Notes: generated from the letters alone by a model not told the origin. A DNA stretch of 64,000 nucleotides from Methanobacterium sp. (GCA_003151535.1 PLXT01000115.1:33941-97940), one strand, 5' to 3'; counted from the first letter of the stretch, positions 9,576 to 18,734 are shown. Made by a program: numbers and translations.

Positions 9576-10337
9576 TTAACTCACAGCCGTTTGCAAATAT
9601 ACGCCTTTATTTTCACGTATGAAAATTTTGTCCAGAGTTTTTAAAAGAATAATATTAATATTTGGCCCGTTATAACGATTCCCACCACTTACACTGCTTC
9701 TATAATTAATGAAGTGTTCACGACCAAATTCTAACCCAGTATTATGATAATATGTATGAGCTTCTCTATCGGTCTCAAAATTTTTTTCAACTAGGCTCTT
9801 TTCTTCTAGGTATCTTTTGTATATTAATAAAATTTTGGGTTGTTGGCTTCCAAAGCATGTCCTTATAATGTTTTCCATAGTATCCATAGAATCAGCTGGA
9901 AAACATGTAGAATAACACGTCATAGTGTTAAGAGCCTTATCTTTAGCGCGATAATTTAAAACAACTACTTTAATACCGTGAATATAAACATATCCTATTT
10001 TCTTACAACTGTTACGGCAATATAATGGGTTGTAATTATCACCCTTATTTTTACATAAATCATTGTACTCGTCAAAGGTTATATCCAAATCATATCGCTC
10101 CTTTAATCTTAAAATAAAATGTTCTGCGTGTTGTTCGAATGTTTTTATGGGGTTACCATCTTTTGTTAAATGTACCCTATCATATTTTATACGTGGATTT
10201 TTAATGTTTATGATCATACTATTTAAGACCTTAATTTTTCTCAAAAGACTACGATTTTTGGAATTATCCCCAAACTTAGTATTTAGATATGCTATCCTTT
10301 TTTCCAGTTCTGGTATCGTTATAGGTGTATGAGACAT
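9576..10337 (-). CDS. hypothetical protein (253 aa)
   Basis: ORF; Cys-containing; no confident family. Confidence 0.4.
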   Translation of the reverse strand: MSHTPITIPELEKRIAYLNTKFGDNSKNRSLLRKIKVLNSMIINIKNPRIKYDRVHLTKDGNPIKTFEQHAEHFILRLKERYDLDITFDEYNDLCKNKGDNYNPLYCRNSCKKIGYVYIHGIKVVVLNYRAKDKALNTMTCYSTCFPADSMDTMENIIRTCFGSQQPKILLIYKRYLEEKSLVEKNFETDREAHTYYHNTGLEFGREHFINYRSSVSGGNRYNGPNINIILLKTLDKIFIRENKGVYLQTAVS

Positions 10338-10351
10338 AAATTATTTATGTT

Positions 10352-10378
10352 TACAAATATACACAATTTATTATAAAC
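10352..10378 (-). promoter_or_regulatory. putative promoter (-7 TATATTTG box) for 9576..10337
   Basis: reverse complement of acaaatata 9 nt upstream of the start codon; -33 element weak. Confidence 0.3.
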
Positions 10379-10598
10379 CTCCAAAATTATTTTCTGGTAA
10401 CATATCTGTATTAATACCATTACTAACGTTCCTATACACCTCAAATCTAATCTGAACATTAATAGTATGCTTAATAAGATTATCACTTAAAAAAGAAAGC
10501 GCATGCTGATGTTTTTGGTGTAACACAACTCGCTGATATATTGGTTTCTCAAAATTAAATAATATAAATGTTTCGATTTGAGCATGAATATTTTTCAT
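10371..10598 (-). CDS. member of small paralogous ORF array (75 aa)
   Basis: shares Ile/Asn-rich IxxxxW(D/E)TI-type pattern with neighbours. Confidence 0.35.
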   Translation of the reverse strand: MKNIHAQIETFILFNFEKPIYQRVVLHQKHQHALSFLSDNLIKHTINVQIRFEVYRNVSNGINTDMLPENNFGGL

Positions 10599-10607
10599 AC
10601 ATTAAAT

Positions 10608-10782
10608 ATTATCTACTATATTATTTTCGATTTCACTACCAGTATTAGCCCATATTTCAATTTGTATTTCACTAAAAATGGTATCCCACAGAGTAATATG
10701 AAAATCACTTCCTACTAGATTGGTTGGATATAATTTTTCAGTATAAGATATAATTTGATTTCTAATATTTTTCATACATTAA
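10608..10782 (-). CDS. member of small paralogous ORF array (about 57 aa, below the ORF-track cutoff)
   Basis: the 5' sequence atgtatgaaaaatatt is repeated at 10584-10607 and 10757-10782. Confidence 0.3.
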
Positions 10783-11021
10783 ATGATTAGATGTTCCTAA
10801 TATAAGGATATTAATATTATTAGAAATACTCTCCTTATACTTAACATTTACTGAAAATCGTTTCATAAATATTTACTTCAATAGTTTCATGAATGTTACT
10901 AGTACTAATAAAAATAGAATACCAAACGTCAACTTCAACTTGTTTCCAAGGGCTATTTATAAGATATTTATATGCAAGACTGAATTGACTCGCCGCATTA
11001 GCATGAATAATTATCATAGAC

Positions 11022-11204
11022 TTAATGTAATATATTATTATATAAGTTGTCTTCTATCTCATTAGTGATATTACTATTTATAATGTCTGGTATTTCGCCA
11101 ATAATGGTCTCCCACATAGTTCCAAAAATATTCGTTATTATTATGTTCTTTTTGTATATATTATCCTCAATATAGAGCCCAATATCATATCTACTATTTT
11201 CCAT
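11022..11204 (-). CDS. member of small paralogous ORF array (60 aa)
   Basis: similar composition and motif (FGTMWETIIGEIPDI). Confidence 0.35.
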   Translation of the reverse strand: MENSRYDIGLYIEDNIYKKNIIITNIFGTMWETIIGEIPDIINSNITNEIEDNLYNNILH

Positions 11205-11209
11205 AATCT

Positions 11210-11458
11210 TTAGTGTTTGTATTTTATTTTAAAAAAAAGATTAAGCCGTAGTCTGTCAAATATATTATCACGGATTATAGTGTTTATGTCTACTCTAATT
11301 TCATTATCCAAATTATATATAATATAATTTTTAACGTTAGCATTCATGATATCTGTTGATGTAGCCCATACCCAAATAATACCGTTAAGATTTTTCATAA
11401 ACCATTTTATGCGAAATATTTGCATTAATAGTTCGACGAATAGAAGAAGGGTTTTCAA
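11210..11458 (-). CDS. member of small paralogous ORF array (82 aa; true start may be internal)
   Basis: IIWVWATSTDIMNANV motif; overlaps next ORF. Confidence 0.3.
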   Translation of the reverse strand: MKTLLLFVELLMQIFRIKWFMKNLNGIIWVWATSTDIMNANVKNYIIYNLDNEIRVDINTIIRDNIFDRLRLNLFFKIKYKH

Positions 11459-11597
11459 TTAAAGAGGTGTCATAAATAATGCTTGTGAGTGCATCAATTC
11501 TACAATACCATTCACTGAATGCACCGTATACAATATCATAATAAATTGGTCCTTTAATTTCAGTATATATCCTTATTTTATTAGCGATGTTAACCAT
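11385..11597 (-). CDS. member of small paralogous ORF array (70 aa)
   Basis: similar composition; a TATATTTG -7 box lies just upstream (about 11625-11640). Confidence 0.3.
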   Translation of the reverse strand: MVNIANKIRIYTEIKGPIYYDIVYGAFSEWYCRIDALTSIIYDTSLIENPSSIRRTINANISHKMVYEKS

Positions 11598-11646
11598 TAT
11601 AGTTATATTAAAAATTATTTGAATACAAATATACGGTGTTTTTAGC

Positions 11647-13251
11647 TTAGGATGCTAATTTTTTCAAGGCTTTATTTAGCTCTCCATGTGACAAACCTTG
11701 TGAAGTTTTGATTTGTATAAATTCTTCTGGGAAATACTCGTAATCATCATAAGCGTTATCATCCAGAATAACGAAGTTTCGTGGCCTGCCATTCCTTTCA
11801 AACCATGTGTTGATTTGCTCAGCTCTCAATTTTTTATCAATATTTATAGTTTTACCCATAATATTACCTGTAACACCAGCATCGCGTAATAAGGTTTTTA
11901 GTTCCTTGAACTTCATTTGATTTTTGCAATCAGATATAATTACAATACTAGCCTTGGTGCGATCTGTGAGTTGATTCAAATTGTTTATACAATCTTTATC
12001 CCAGCCATAGTTGCAATCATGATGTCCATTACTAGCATTTCGAATGTCCGTTATAAGAACACCATGAATATCCAAAAATATAATGCTTTTTTGTGAATCT
12101 AATAGCTCATGATCTTTATGCTCGTAATCAAACTCTTTCAGTATTGTTTTTATTGAATTCAATATGCCACCCAGTTTATCATCTGAATTCACAATGTTCC
12201 AAGGAATATCCTCATGATGGGTTTCCTTTAAAAGCCTATCAATATATGGTGTAAGCTTATCCCAGTTTTCCAAAATATCTCCATCATTTTTGGAGAACTT
12301 CCAGTATCTTAACGGATCTCTCTTCCTTAATTCAAATCTAACCTTTTGTTTGGCTTTATCGATATCCAGCCACATCTTAACGAGAAGAATGCCATTCTTT
12401 AATAGATTCCTTTCCCAATCACATACACTACCCATAAACGCCTCATATTGCTCTGTATCACAATAGCCCATAGCTGGTTCAATAACACCACGATTATACC
12501 ATGATCTATCAAAGAAGACTAATTCACCTTCTTTGGGTAATGCTTTCTCGTATCTCATGAACCAATTCTTCTTTTCCTCTGGAGTGGGTACACCAAACGT
12601 TTCAACACGATAATGCTTGGGATTTAAGAATTCAGTAACGCTTTGAATATTACTACCCTTACCTGCAGCATCACGACCTTCAAATATTACCAACACCTTT
12701 TTATTAGTCTTTACTACCCACTCTTGAAGCTTTAATAGCTCAATTTGGAGGTAATACTTTTCTTTTAAAAACTTATTGTAGGTTATCTTATCTGTGTCAT
12801 CATTAACACTATTGATAATTTCGTACTTTTTATCGGTCTTTATCCTTTCCTTGTACTTTTCAACAATACTCTTAATATTGCTTCGGACCTCTAATAGATA
12901 ATGAGTAACGGCCTTTTCTTGGTCATGGCCGTTAAAAAGCTTTTTAAGGAGCTTTATAAGCCCCAATTCTTTTAGAAGGCTTTCATCGTATTCTGCTTTA
13001 AGATCTAATATAGCCTTCCTTAACGCCTCTGGCGAGGGTTTATCGTACTTGAAGTGGACGAGGGAATCAATTAGCTTATTAGCGAAGAAATTTAGCTTAT
13101 ATTTATACTTGACAGTGTAGCGCAGATTAATCAGCAGATCTTTAACGTTTTCAACTACATCATCCAGTATTGTATCCTTCTGAGTAAAGTAGTTTTCGTT
13201 TAATAATCTTCTTCTTAGTTTCTGAGCCAATAAGCCTTTGATAGAATTCAT
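11647..13251 (-). CDS. polyphosphate kinase 2 (PPK2) family enzyme fused to a C-terminal HAD-like (DxDG) domain, with about 190-aa helical N-terminal extension
   Basis: PPK2 Walker A FEGRDAAGKGS plus downstream PPK2 lid region (FFDRSWYNRG); C-terminal IIFLDIHGVLITD...ILDDNAY HAD-type motifs. Confidence 0.7.
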   Translation of the reverse strand: MNSIKGLLAQKLRRRLLNENYFTQKDTILDDVVENVKDLLINLRYTVKYKYKLNFFANKLIDSLVHFKYDKPSPEALRKAILDLKAEYDESLLKELGLIKLLKKLFNGHDQEKAVTHYLLEVRSNIKSIVEKYKERIKTDKKYEIINSVNDDTDKITYNKFLKEKYYLQIELLKLQEWVVKTNKKVLVIFEGRDAAGKGSNIQSVTEFLNPKHYRVETFGVPTPEEKKNWFMRYEKALPKEGELVFFDRSWYNRGVIEPAMGYCDTEQYEAFMGSVCDWERNLLKNGILLVKMWLDIDKAKQKVRFELRKRDPLRYWKFSKNDGDILENWDKLTPYIDRLLKETHHEDIPWNIVNSDDKLGGILNSIKTILKEFDYEHKDHELLDSQKSIIFLDIHGVLITDIRNASNGHHDCNYGWDKDCINNLNQLTDRTKASIVIISDCKNQMKFKELKTLLRDAGVTGNIMGKTINIDKKLRAEQINTWFERNGRPRNFVILDDNAYDDYEYFPEEFIQIKTSQGLSHGELNKALKKLAS

Positions 13252-13290
13252 GTATATAAATATTAAGAATTCTATTCAAAATAACCTATT

Positions 13291-13542
13291 TCAATCATTT
13301 TTAAACTTTTTGAATTTATAATCAACCCATAGCTCAACTTCGGCAAACAAATCAGGATGATTTATTTTAAACTCTGTATAGATTTTTTCGTTCTCAATAT
13401 CTTCAGGGCTATCGGCTTTGGTGTGAACATAAATGTAGTAGTTATAGGTGATATAATCACCGATATCGGTGATTATATCTTTATCTCCATCTACAGCCAT
13501 TTGAATGGCTTCTTTTAATTGTGCTGGTGATTTTATATTCAT
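13291..13542 (-). CDS. hypothetical protein (83 aa)
   Basis: ORF only. Confidence 0.4.
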   Translation of the reverse strand: MNIKSPAQLKEAIQMAVDGDKDIITDIGDYITYNYYIYVHTKADSPEDIENEKIYTEFKINHPDLFAEVELWVDYKFKKFKND

Positions 13543-13544
13543 AA

Positions 13545-14054
13545 TTACTCGTACAATCCGTAACCAAATGAACTATTTAAATTTGGGTTCCACCATCCAT
13601 TGATGGCTGGAATGTCTTTTACTTCTGATTTCTTGAAGGATGCTTCTTCCAATTCTAAATCTGGTAAAGACAGCTTAACGAATTTAAGCCACAAGTCTAT
13701 GAAATGGGTTACTCCATCTACTGGTGCGTTTTCACCTTCTTCGAATGCGGTTAAATCAAATCCTTCCCACACATCAATACCATGCGCTTTTAGTATTTCT
13801 TCCGCCAATTTGGAAATTTCACTATCTTGATATTTAACTGCGATTTTCCTAGCTTCGAACTCTGGATGATTCCAATGTAACTCAAGCCCAGTGTAATCTT
13901 CACCACCGTTAAACGAAAGACCTGTTAACTTACAAGAATCTTTATAAGCTTGTTGAATCTCTTCAACAGTCTTATTACTTTCATATACGAATACCTCGTA
14001 GTGATTATGACCATCTTCAGACCAATCCCCAATGGTTAACTTTAACTTATTCAT
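13545..14054 (-). CDS. hypothetical protein (169 aa)
   Basis: ORF only. Confidence 0.45.
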   Translation of the reverse strand: MNKLKLTIGDWSEDGHNHYEVFVYESNKTVEEIQQAYKDSCKLTGLSFNGGEDYTGLELHWNHPEFEARKIAVKYQDSEISKLAEEILKAHGIDVWEGFDLTAFEEGENAPVDGVTHFIDLWLKFVKLSLPDLELEEASFKKSEVKDIPAINGWWNPNLNSSFGYGLYE

Positions 14055-14469
14055 GCGTAGATTTTTGTTTATACTCTCTTTGTAAAATATTTTCTCTTGT
14101 GAACTTGCAATACATATAGGACATATAACGGATAATTCGATTAAGAATGTCTTGATCTTCTTGCAAGCTACGTTTTGCTCTTTCTAGCATATCACGGTAT
14201 ATCAATCCGCTCAAATATCTTTTATTTTTTTCATCCAAACATTTAATTACTAATAATTTATTATGTAGTGTTTTAATTAAATTGTCAGATTTACCAAAAT
14301 ATTTATATCTATCTACTTTGAGCAAATATTCAACAATAGCATTGGCCCCTTTGTATTTTCGGTCAAGAAAAGAGTCTCTCCATTTCCTGAATGAATTACT
14401 TGTTGGATCACTTGCATTTATTAAATGTTCTTCAAAGAATTCATGCAGTGTTCTGATGTTCCAATTCAT
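14047..14469 (-). CDS. hypothetical protein (start trimmed to the MNWNIR... Met to avoid a 140-nt overlap)
   Basis: the ORF-track start (14625) lies inside the upstream gene; the internal Met gives a 4-nt-type junction. Confidence 0.4.
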   Translation of the reverse strand: MNWNIRTLHEFFEEHLINASDPTSNSFRKWRDSFLDRKYKGANAIVEYLLKVDRYKYFGKSDNLIKTLHNKLLVIKCLDEKNKRYLSGLIYRDMLERAKRSLQEDQDILNRIIRYMSYMYCKFTRENILQREYKQKSTHE

Positions 14470-14485
14470 AGTTATACTTTTAAAC

Positions 14486-15229
14486 CTACCAAATAAACAA
14501 TGGGAACAACCAAAAATCTGGCACATAATATGGATCATAATATGATTCATACGTGATATATTCCTCAACCTCAACTTCGTCGGTGTCATTGCCGATTGTT
14601 GTTTGCAACAGTTTCTCTCTCTCAACTTCTTTTTTAAGAAGTTCTACCATTAGCTTGCTACCTTGCTCTATGATATCCAAAAGTGTGGATTCGCCCAATT
14701 GTTCTGGGGTAATAGCTGTATTGACAATATTATCAATTTCACTCCAAATATTGTCTGACAATAACTCGACCTGCCAACCAGTTGAGGCAGTGTCAAACCT
14801 ATTTTCGTTGACAAAGGACATGAAAACAATTTCATGGGGATTTAATTTCTTGAATAGACCAACCGCTATTCTAACATCATCAAATCTTGGGTTAACCTTG
14901 AATTGATCCCAGTCAGAATCCGTGTTGAAATCATAATACTTGGCAAATGCAAATTCACCAGCTTCCAGATCAACAAAGGAGAAAACATCAAATACTTTCA
15001 GATACTCAGTATATCTGTCCATAAAGTTATTGAAAGTGTTCACACCTTTTGTGGTTTCAACATAACGGCCAGCAGTTATCTGAATATAGCCTTTAGAAAG
15101 AAGGTCAATAAATAGGGGCTCTAACATCGCATCCGCACCATTAAAAATTGTTGCAAAGACACGATGATTGATAATTAATTCGTTTAGAATTATGATAGAC
15201 TTAAACGATTTGATATCATTTGGGCTCAT
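14486..15229 (-). CDS. hypothetical protein (247 aa)
   Basis: ORF only. Confidence 0.45.
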   Translation of the reverse strand: MSPNDIKSFKSIIILNELIINHRVFATIFNGADAMLEPLFIDLLSKGYIQITAGRYVETTKGVNTFNNFMDRYTEYLKVFDVFSFVDLEAGEFAFAKYYDFNTDSDWDQFKVNPRFDDVRIAVGLFKKLNPHEIVFMSFVNENRFDTASTGWQVELLSDNIWSEIDNIVNTAITPEQLGESTLLDIIEQGSKLMVELLKKEVEREKLLQTTIGNDTDEVEVEEYITYESYYDPYYVPDFWLFPLFIW

Positions 15230-15291
15230 GAGTGTAGTTTATAAAAACAATTACGAAGCATTTCTACTTCGTAATTGCTAAGGTTAAAAAA

Positions 15292-15990
15292 TTACTTTGT
15301 GCGTTGTCTTTTCAATTCTTCCAAGGCAGACGTGGGAGAATCAGTGGTCAGGACTTTATCGATTTGCTCTTGGGTAGATAACGTTGAATTATCCACTTCA
15401 GCATAAGCTTGCGCTCTAAACTCAGTTGCTGATACTTTTTCTTTCATACGTGCCATTGTTTGGACAAGGCCATCGGTATCCACGGAAGACATGGCTTTAT
15501 TGATCTTTTCAGATGCGTCAGCCGTTTTTTGCTGTGATCTAATGAGTTCAACATCATTTTTGGTCTTGTTAATGTTGTCTCGCAGTGATGTCAATTTTTG
15601 ATCCATCACTTTCAGGGCGGCATCTTCACGATCAGCGTTACCACCAGCTTGATCAGCTTGGGCTTGAAAGTCTTTGTTGTACTGTGCTGATTGTGCAGCC
15701 AGATTGTTCAAATTCGCTTTGGTGATTGGATCGGTTTCGGCTTCAGCCTTATCCAAAAGTGTGTAGGTTTTACCCTTCCATTTTTCCGCTTGGTCCAAGT
15801 TGCTTTTTTGATCAGCCCTGTGACCCAAGGCAATTGCCTTAATTTCTGCTTCTGATTCAATACCCTTCTGAAGTTGTTCATTCAACTCCCTTAAAATCTG
15901 TTGGGACATTTCAACTGGATCTTCCAGCTTATCAACTACTGTGTTTGCTTTAGCAGCGCCCACTCTGAATAATCTATCTAATATACTCAT
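15292..15990 (-). CDS. pspA: PspA/IM30 (phage-shock protein A / Vipp1) family protein
   Basis: N-terminal MSILDRLFRVGAAKANTVVDKLEDP and long coiled-coil typical of PspA/IM30. Confidence 0.65.
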   Translation of the reverse strand: MSILDRLFRVGAAKANTVVDKLEDPVEMSQQILRELNEQLQKGIESEAEIKAIALGHRADQKSNLDQAEKWKGKTYTLLDKAEAETDPITKANLNNLAAQSAQYNKDFQAQADQAGGNADREDAALKVMDQKLTSLRDNINKTKNDVELIRSQQKTADASEKINKAMSSVDTDGLVQTMARMKEKVSATEFRAQAYAEVDNSTLSTQEQIDKVLTTDSPTSALEELKRQRTK

Positions 15991-16013
15991 AATACTTTTT
16001 TAATGTTATTTAA

Positions 16014-16784
16014 TTAACGTCTACGTCCACCGCCGCCACCGAAACTGCTTCTACTACCTCCGAAACTACTCCTGCTGCTGCCTCCGAAACTGCTTCCACT
16101 AGAGCTAGACGTATGGCTTGAACCAAATCCGCCACTTCTAACTGGCGCAGATGAATTTCTTGATTCAAAGGATCTTTGACTTGTAGTTGGGCTTGATAAT
16201 GAGCTTCTGGATGGCGCTGAATTTACACTACGAGATTGGCTAGATCTTCCTGATGGGCTGTAGCTTCGTCTTACGATTGTAGTCTGGTGGTAAGATGATG
16301 GGTAATAACCGTAGTGATATAAAGGGGTATAGTAATGATGTGGGGCTAAGAGGTAAGACATCATTAAATAGTCTCCCACACTAAAATGAGATTGGTAACT
16401 ATAATCATTACCACAATAGGTCTGATTACCGTTAATGCTTAGAGTATTGCTTTGTTGATTAATATTCATAGTAGCTACAACTGCTGACTGTGTGCTGGAA
16501 TAATCATCGACCACTTGTAGTGTACCATTTTGCTGTTCAACGACTTTTACGTAATCTACCTTACCATCGTTATTTAGGTCCAAGTTGTTAATGCTGTTGT
16601 TTGGTGCATTAAGAGCTTGCTCAAGACTTTGTGGGTCTTTGGTAGTCTTTAATAGTTGCGCAAAATTGCTAACATTAAACCCTTGTACATTGCTGGGGGT
16701 TACGTCAATATTGACATCGTTTTGCTGTGGTTGAGAACAGCCTACTGTCAATAAAAATAGTAATGGAATAATAAATTTTTTCAT
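16014..16784 (-). CDS. lipoprotein with disordered Ser/Gly/Arg-rich C-terminus
   Basis: MKKFIIPLLFLLTVGCSQ lipobox; C-terminus SSGSSFGGSSRSSFGGSRSSFGGGGGRRR. Confidence 0.6.
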   Translation of the reverse strand: MKKFIIPLLFLLTVGCSQPQQNDVNIDVTPSNVQGFNVSNFAQLLKTTKDPQSLEQALNAPNNSINNLDLNNDGKVDYVKVVEQQNGTLQVVDDYSSTQSAVVATMNINQQSNTLSINGNQTYCGNDYSYQSHFSVGDYLMMSYLLAPHHYYTPLYHYGYYPSSYHQTTIVRRSYSPSGRSSQSRSVNSAPSRSSLSSPTTSQRSFESRNSSAPVRSGGFGSSHTSSSSGSSFGGSSRSSFGGSRSSFGGGGGRRR

Positions 16785-16844
16785 GTTGTATGTGTTTGTT
16801 TTGTTAGACTACAAATCTACAATAAGTTTTAACATTTCCAAACT

Positions 16845-17144
16845 TTATTTTTTTAAAGTGAACAAAATATAACCTTCTTGAATATCTATTGATTCAATTA
16901 ATCTATTAGTAGAATCATTAAAAAACTCCACTAAATTATCGCCTAATAAGATATAAGGACCACCGCTAGGGTCTATCATGGTGATTTTTCGCCCACCTTC
17001 TAGCTCTTCAAAGCCATACCTCATACCTAATTCAAAATAACCACTCATTCTAACTGTGTTATCTAAATCCTCAAAAGTAATTTTGTCTCTGTCTCTATTG
17101 CTGTAAACTATCTTCATATTAATGTCTCTCTTTTTTAACTTCAA
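16845..17144 (-). CDS. hypothetical protein (99 aa)
   Basis: ORF only. Confidence 0.4.
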   Translation of the reverse strand: MKLKKRDINMKIVYSNRDRDKITFEDLDNTVRMSGYFELGMRYGFEELEGGRKITMIDPSGGPYILLGDNLVEFFNDSTNRLIESIDIQEGYILFTLKK

Positions 17145-17344
17145 TTCTCATAGCTGGGCTGAGGTATTTTTTTCTAAAATTAGTTAAATTTTTTGCCCAG
17201 CCCCATAGTTTAAAACGTATACAAGTATTCAGTACTTTGCTAGTTAATTTTAATACTCCATCGTAATAATATCTCTTCATTTATTTATTTAAAAAATAAA
17301 TATCAAAAAATAATTTTACAATTATACACAATGCTATGGCTAAA

Positions 17345-17375
17345 AACAATAAAGCCCAAAAATTTTTGGGCTTTA
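17345..17375 (-). terminator. rho-independent terminator
   Basis: perfect hairpin AAAGCCCAAAAATTTTTGGGCTTT followed by T-rich tract on the minus strand. Confidence 0.55.
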
Positions 17376-17392
17376 AATTTTAATCTGGATAA

Positions 17393-17614
17393 TTAAACTG
17401 TTGTTCCTGAAAGTGGCGTAGGAGGTGTAGGAGGTGTAGGGGATGGCTTACTAACGATTGACCATATTGCACCAACTACTGTTATAATACCACCAATGAT
17501 TTGAGTTTCAAGGGCGCTGCTAATAGTACCTTCTGCAACCAAAATACCACCACCAAAGGTTAAGACGTGTCTAAGAATACCCAGAACTTGAATTTCTGTT
17601 AACTTAAGTTTCAT
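17393..17614 (-). CDS. small membrane protein, holin-like (2 TM, Gly-rich), Pro/Thr-rich tail
   Basis: start trimmed to MKLKLTEIQV...; hydrophobic helices LGILRHVLTFGGGILVAEG and IIGGIITVVGAIWSIV. Confidence 0.35.
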   Translation of the reverse strand: MKLKLTEIQVLGILRHVLTFGGGILVAEGTISSALETQIIGGIITVVGAIWSIVSKPSPTPPTPPTPLSGTTV

Positions 17615-17633
17615 AATGATTTTCTTATAAATA

Positions 17634-18116
17634 TCATCTGAAAACCTTAAAATCACTCCTCATATCAAAAAAACTCTTAAAAATTTGCATACTATCATAC
17701 AACGGAATGTTATACCTATTACAGAAAATATCCACATTAGCTTTTCTAGCATATCCTTCAGGACACACAACCGATATTTTGTTATAATGTGAAAATCTAC
17801 CCAATTCTAACATTGTTATAATACTATCCGTTTCTGGTAAGAAATTAAACAAAATAAAATCAGCTTTCTCCAAGGCATCCAATTCCCAATTAACCTGTTG
17901 AAACATTGCTGGGTTTTCAAACTTTTGTTCCAGTTTAGCATTCCAATCTTTTCGACGTGGGTTAAAAACACCCCAACCTTTACATAAGAAGAAATCTTTT
18001 GCTTGAAGCTGCCAATCAATAGAATTTCCCTGTTCTATCGTACCTGCTAAGAAAACGAATTGTTTATCAATACTTCTATTAGAAATATTCATGGGCGGCT
18101 CAAAGTAATTATTCAT
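17634..18116 (-). CDS. nucleoside 2-deoxyribosyltransferase-like (Rcl/DNPH1-fold) protein
   Basis: N-terminal FVFLAGTIEQGNSIDWQ motif typical of the family; paralogue at 60701..61123. Confidence 0.4.
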   Translation of the reverse strand: MNNYFEPPMNISNRSIDKQFVFLAGTIEQGNSIDWQLQAKDFFLCKGWGVFNPRRKDWNAKLEQKFENPAMFQQVNWELDALEKADFILFNFLPETDSIITMLELGRFSHYNKISVVCPEGYARKANVDIFCNRYNIPLYDSMQIFKSFFDMRSDFKVFR

Positions 18117-18128
18117 TAATCTATTAGT

Positions 18129-18644
18129 TTATTTATTGTATATGACGATTGTTACATCGCAATCTTTTAATTCAGCTTCGATTATTTTTTTTATAGTAGC
18201 CCAAGAACCACCCGCAAGCCCTGCGCCTATTTTGGGTAACCCAATGCGCTTACCTTTAAAAATATTATTTATCTTTCTCATACACAATGTCAGGGCTTCA
18301 TAATCCAGTGGTTTCTTAATACCATCAGAATGATTCTGACCATATTTGTATTGAGTGTAGCAATTAACCACCGTCAATTCAGGTTCATCCTCTGTATTAT
18401 CTGCATCATACAGATCCCACATGGCGTTTGATCCAAGAACAAATGTGTGATAATCTATACAACCCAATTTTTCAATAGTTTCGCCCCAAGTTTCCATCTC
18501 AAATACATCGCAACCAAAAGCCTTGGCCATTTGTGGTGCTATACCCGCACCCATCTTGGAGAAGCAGTTGCAGCCGTGGCCTATTACATCGAAAGCCCCG
18601 TTTCGCCCCAAGACAATTAGATCCCCATCTATTTCTTTATACAT
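18129..18644 (-). CDS. macro-domain protein of the TARG1/OARD1 type (ADP-ribose processing)
   Basis: GHGCNCFSKMGAGIA and LPKIGAGLAGGSW and VTIVIYNK align with the TARG1 pattern AHCISEDCRMGAGIA / MPRIGCGLDRLQW / ITVYTL. Confidence 0.55.
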   Translation of the reverse strand: MYKEIDGDLIVLGRNGAFDVIGHGCNCFSKMGAGIAPQMAKAFGCDVFEMETWGETIEKLGCIDYHTFVLGSNAMWDLYDADNTEDEPELTVVNCYTQYKYGQNHSDGIKKPLDYEALTLCMRKINNIFKGKRIGLPKIGAGLAGGSWATIKKIIEAELKDCDVTIVIYNK

Positions 18645-18734
18645 AAAGTTATTTTTGTTTCCTTAAACATTCCTGTACCCATTCAAGATTTCGTTGCTCC
18701 TATTTTTCTATGGCATCGCCTTTAGCCATAGTTC

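Noticed and set aside
14047-14625. Long N-terminal extensions given by the ORF track for 14047..14625, 17393..17656, 30214..30729, 41343..41909, 48916..49200, 51737..52282, 54879..55574, 58278..59180 and 59181..59513
   Set aside because: The extensions overlap the preceding gene or a tRNA gene by 50-150 nt. Internal Met codons restore the 1-4-nt junctions typical of this genome and, where relevant, yield proper signal peptides. Trimmed coordinates are used instead.
16014-16784. Endolysin/spanin assignment for the lipoprotein genes (1170..1685, 16014..16784) and the membrane protein 616..951
   Set aside because: No peptidoglycan-hydrolase motifs are present, and the sizes (171 and 256 aa) do not fit o-spanins. 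They are kept as generic lipoproteins or membrane proteins.
17816-18019. Nested or same-strand alternative ORFs (17816..18019 inside 17634..18116; 44559..44804 inside 44452..44925; 5846..6037; 51395..51604; 61636..61857)
   Set aside because: Each is in an alternative frame of a gene whose primary frame carries the conserved domain motifs. 61636..61857 is kept only as the alternative frame of the repeat ORF.
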